64,000 nt of DNA from Sporosarcina sp. (lineage in GTDB: Bacteria > Bacillota > Bacilli > Bacillales_A > Planococcaceae). The notes beneath the pieces are model-generated. The model was not told the origin of the DNA. It searched no databases and was given only the letters and a program-made list of their open reading frames with translations. The stretch covers positions 3,867-67,866 of the forward strand of contig DATGUZ010000063.1 in assembly GCA_035300865.1 (NCBI GenBank). The letters are read 5' to 3'. Every line of letters begins with the position of its first letter. Position 1 is the stretch's first letter. Of this stretch, positions 62,155 through 64,000 are shown in pieces. A program made the position numbers and the translations under genes.

Positions 62155-62201
62155 TATATGTAATCAACGTACAATAATAATTAATAAAAGGAGTTGTTTC
62201 A

Positions 62202-62450
62202 ATGGCTAGATTAGCGGCTTTTATCGTTCTTTTAATCCCTGGTTTAATCGCTGCAGGCGGTATTAAATTAATGCGTGATTCATTATACGGTATAATATTT
62301 TTTCCATTTACGTATAGTTGGCTTCAATTTCTCATTGGATTGATCATGTTGACACTCGGAATAGGCTTCTTCGCAGGCTTTCTTCTACATCGTGATCGTA
62401 AAAAAGGACGTGTACAAGAACGATTCGTAAAAAAAGACAAACCATCCTAA
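62202..62450 (+). CDS. yqzF: DUF2627 family membrane protein (YqzF)
   Basis: GIKLMRD and GFLLHRDRKKG motifs; synteny. Confidence 0.88.
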   Translation: MARLAAFIVLLIPGLIAAGGIKLMRDSLYGIIFFPFTYSWLQFLIGLIMLTLGIGFFAGFLLHRDRKKGRVQERFVKKDKPS

Positions 62451-62537
62451 ATTGGTTTGTCTTTTTTATTGCAATTGTTTGCATATACTGATTTTATAGG
62501 TAAATCTGCTTTTTCAGTTATTTTTCCATATAGGTTC

Positions 62538-62548
62538 TTATGTTAACT
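62538..62548 (+). other. XerD(RipX)-type half-site
   Basis: TTATGTTAACT overlapping the spo0A stop codon. Confidence 0.4.
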
Positions 62549-63346
62549 TGCCATTGTTTCTAGGCGAATTTTGTCGGCAATCATCGCGATGAATTCTGAA
62601 TTTGTAGGTTTACTTTTTAAATGGTGTACGGTGTAGCCAAACATCGAGGAAATCACTTCGTAATTTCCGCGATTCCAAGCAACTTCAATTGCATGTCGAA
62701 TTGCACGTTCGACTCTTGAAGGTGTTGTATTATATTTTTTTGCAATATCAGGATATAAGATTTTCGTAACAGATCCCAACAAATCAACATCTTTATAGAC
62801 CATATGAATCCCTTCTCTTAAAAATGAGTACCCTTTAATATGGGCAGGAACACCAATTTCTTTGATAATTGCAGTAATTGTTTGGTCGAGTTGCTGATCT
62901 GACATAATGGTAGGCTTGTCACTCATGATCATTTGTTGTGGCATGGCACCAATTGCTGATTGTTGAAATTTAGATTGTGCAATTTCATTTATTTGTGTAG
63001 CTAAACGATCAAATTCAAATGGTTTTAAAATGAAATATGCTGCACCTAAATTTGCAGCTTTTGTCATAACTTCCTCTTGTCCAAAGGCTGTTAGCATGAT
63101 AACGCTTACATCTTGATATTCCTTCTCAGCTCGCAAGGACTCCAATACCGCAATTCCATCTATTCTAGGCATGATAATATCGAGTAATAATATATCTGGT
63201 TGCAATTCTTTCATTTTTGATAAACAATCTTCTCCATTTTCAGCAGTCCAAATCACATCAATATTTGTTTGTTGCTTAAAAAATGCAGTTAAAATGTGAA
63301 CCAATTCCTTATTATCATCGGCAATAGCTAAACGAACTTCACTCAT
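62543..63346 (-). CDS. spo0A: Sporulation master regulator Spo0A
   Basis: Receiver [32 protein letters not shown] and KPTNSEFIA motifs. Confidence 0.97.
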   Translation of the reverse strand: MSEVRLAIADDNKELVHILTAFFKQQTNIDVIWTAENGEDCLSKMKELQPDILLLDIIMPRIDGIAVLESLRAEKEYQDVSVIMLTAFGQEEVMTKAANLGAAYFILKPFEFDRLATQINEIAQSKFQQSAIGAMPQQMIMSDKPTIMSDQQLDQTITAIIKEIGVPAHIKGYSFLREGIHMVYKDVDLLGSVTKILYPDIAKKYNTTPSRVERAIRHAIEVAWNRGNYEVISSMFGYTVHHLKSKPTNSEFIAMIADKIRLETMAS

Positions 63347-63456
63347 GACTTCTCCTCCATATTTCATTAACTGTTTTTACAGCTTTATTTGTCAAACTAT
63401 TCGGATTTCCGAACGTTGTTTTCATTATAGCTGACTTTCATTTATTTTAATATAGT

Positions 63457-63463
63457 TTCGACA
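63457..63463 (-). promoter_or_regulatory. 0A box upstream of spo0A
   Basis: TGTCGAA in the context TTTTGTCGAA. Confidence 0.6.
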
Positions 63464-63560
63464 AAATTCGTATGTAATCGCTAAAAATAGAACCTATTTT
63501 TATTCTTTTCTGAAATTAAACGACCATCATATAGACTTTCATGATGGTCGTTCACGATAT

Positions 63561-64000
63561 TTATTGCTCTTTACGCATTTTGATAATGGATAATGCTGCA
63601 CCTTCTGTAGGTTCATCGACAAACATATGGGTTACAGCTCCAGCAAACTTATTGTGCTGAAGGATAGGACTACCACTCATACCTTGTAAGACTCCGCCTG
63701 TTTGCTTTAGCAATGCTTCGTCTTTAATCACAAATGAAAAATTTTCATGATTAATTTCCGTGATTTCAATTGTAAATGTTTCAACTTTTGTTCCACTAAT
63801 TGTAGTGAGCAATTCAGCTTCTCCCAGGCGTAATTCAGTCGGGTTTACGGTTTCAATTGGCGGATGCGTTTCATGAGCATTTTTTGTATTCCAATCACCA
63901 TAAATACCAAATAATGAATTTTTTTCAATGGATCCAAGCGCTTTTTGGTCGTTGATAATGGTCGATATTTTATATCCTGGACGTCCTGGAGCGCTCTTTT
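63561..64000 (-). CDS. spoIVB: SpoIVB peptidase S55, 5' end outside the window
   Basis: Frame open to the window edge; TGGVLQGMSGSPI and GAVTHMFVDEP; upstream of spo0A. Confidence 0.92.
   Translation of the reverse strand, partial: KSAPGRPGYKISTIINDQKALGSIEKNSLFGIYGDWNTKNAHETHPPIETVNPTELRLGEAELLTTISGTKVETFTIEITEINHENFSFVIKDEALLKQTGGVLQGMSGSPILQHNKFAGAVTHMFVDEPTEGAALSIIKMRKEQ

Noticed and set aside
1-64000. CRISPR arrays, tRNA or rRNA genes, transposases, prophage genes
   Set aside because: I saw no regularly spaced direct repeats, cloverleafs, rRNA-like tracts, or transposase or phage ORFs; intergenic gaps are too short for arrays. Checked by eye only.

Overview
A 64 kb chromosomal window from a low-GC spore-forming Bacillales genome. 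Gene content and protein style suggest Planococcaceae/Caryophanaceae (Sporosarcina/Lysinibacillus-like); this is inference. Almost all genes lie on the minus strand. The left part (1-11 kb) is accessory: a partial Fe-alcohol dehydrogenase, an unannotated type I toxin-antitoxin locus, a DUF4256 gene, a cobalamin-riboswitch/cobT unit, an adenine-riboswitch/pbuE unit and several transporters. The middle is the parC-parE-plsY-yneRQP-citB-sco-ccdA block followed by an MDR ABC pair, ilvA and a LexA-controlled Y-family polymerase. The right part is the yqj region (namA, rnz, dinB, yqjE, pccB, mce, prli42, brxB), meaB-mutB-mutA, the bkd operon with bkdR, spo0A and partial spoIVB. I saw no rRNA, tRNA, CRISPR array or intact transposase. 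Three observations stand out. (1) A complete convergent type I TA locus with a 31-aa toxin missed by the ORF track, a 5'-3' fold-back switch and a LexA-like box in the toxin promoter. (2) A BkdR that has lost the GAFTGA loop and both arginine fingers and heads an apparently sigma-A-driven bkd operon with no sigma-54 promoter, suggesting activator-to-repressor rewiring. (3) Two isolated perfect XerD half-sites. All family assignments come from motif recognition by eye, not database searches.
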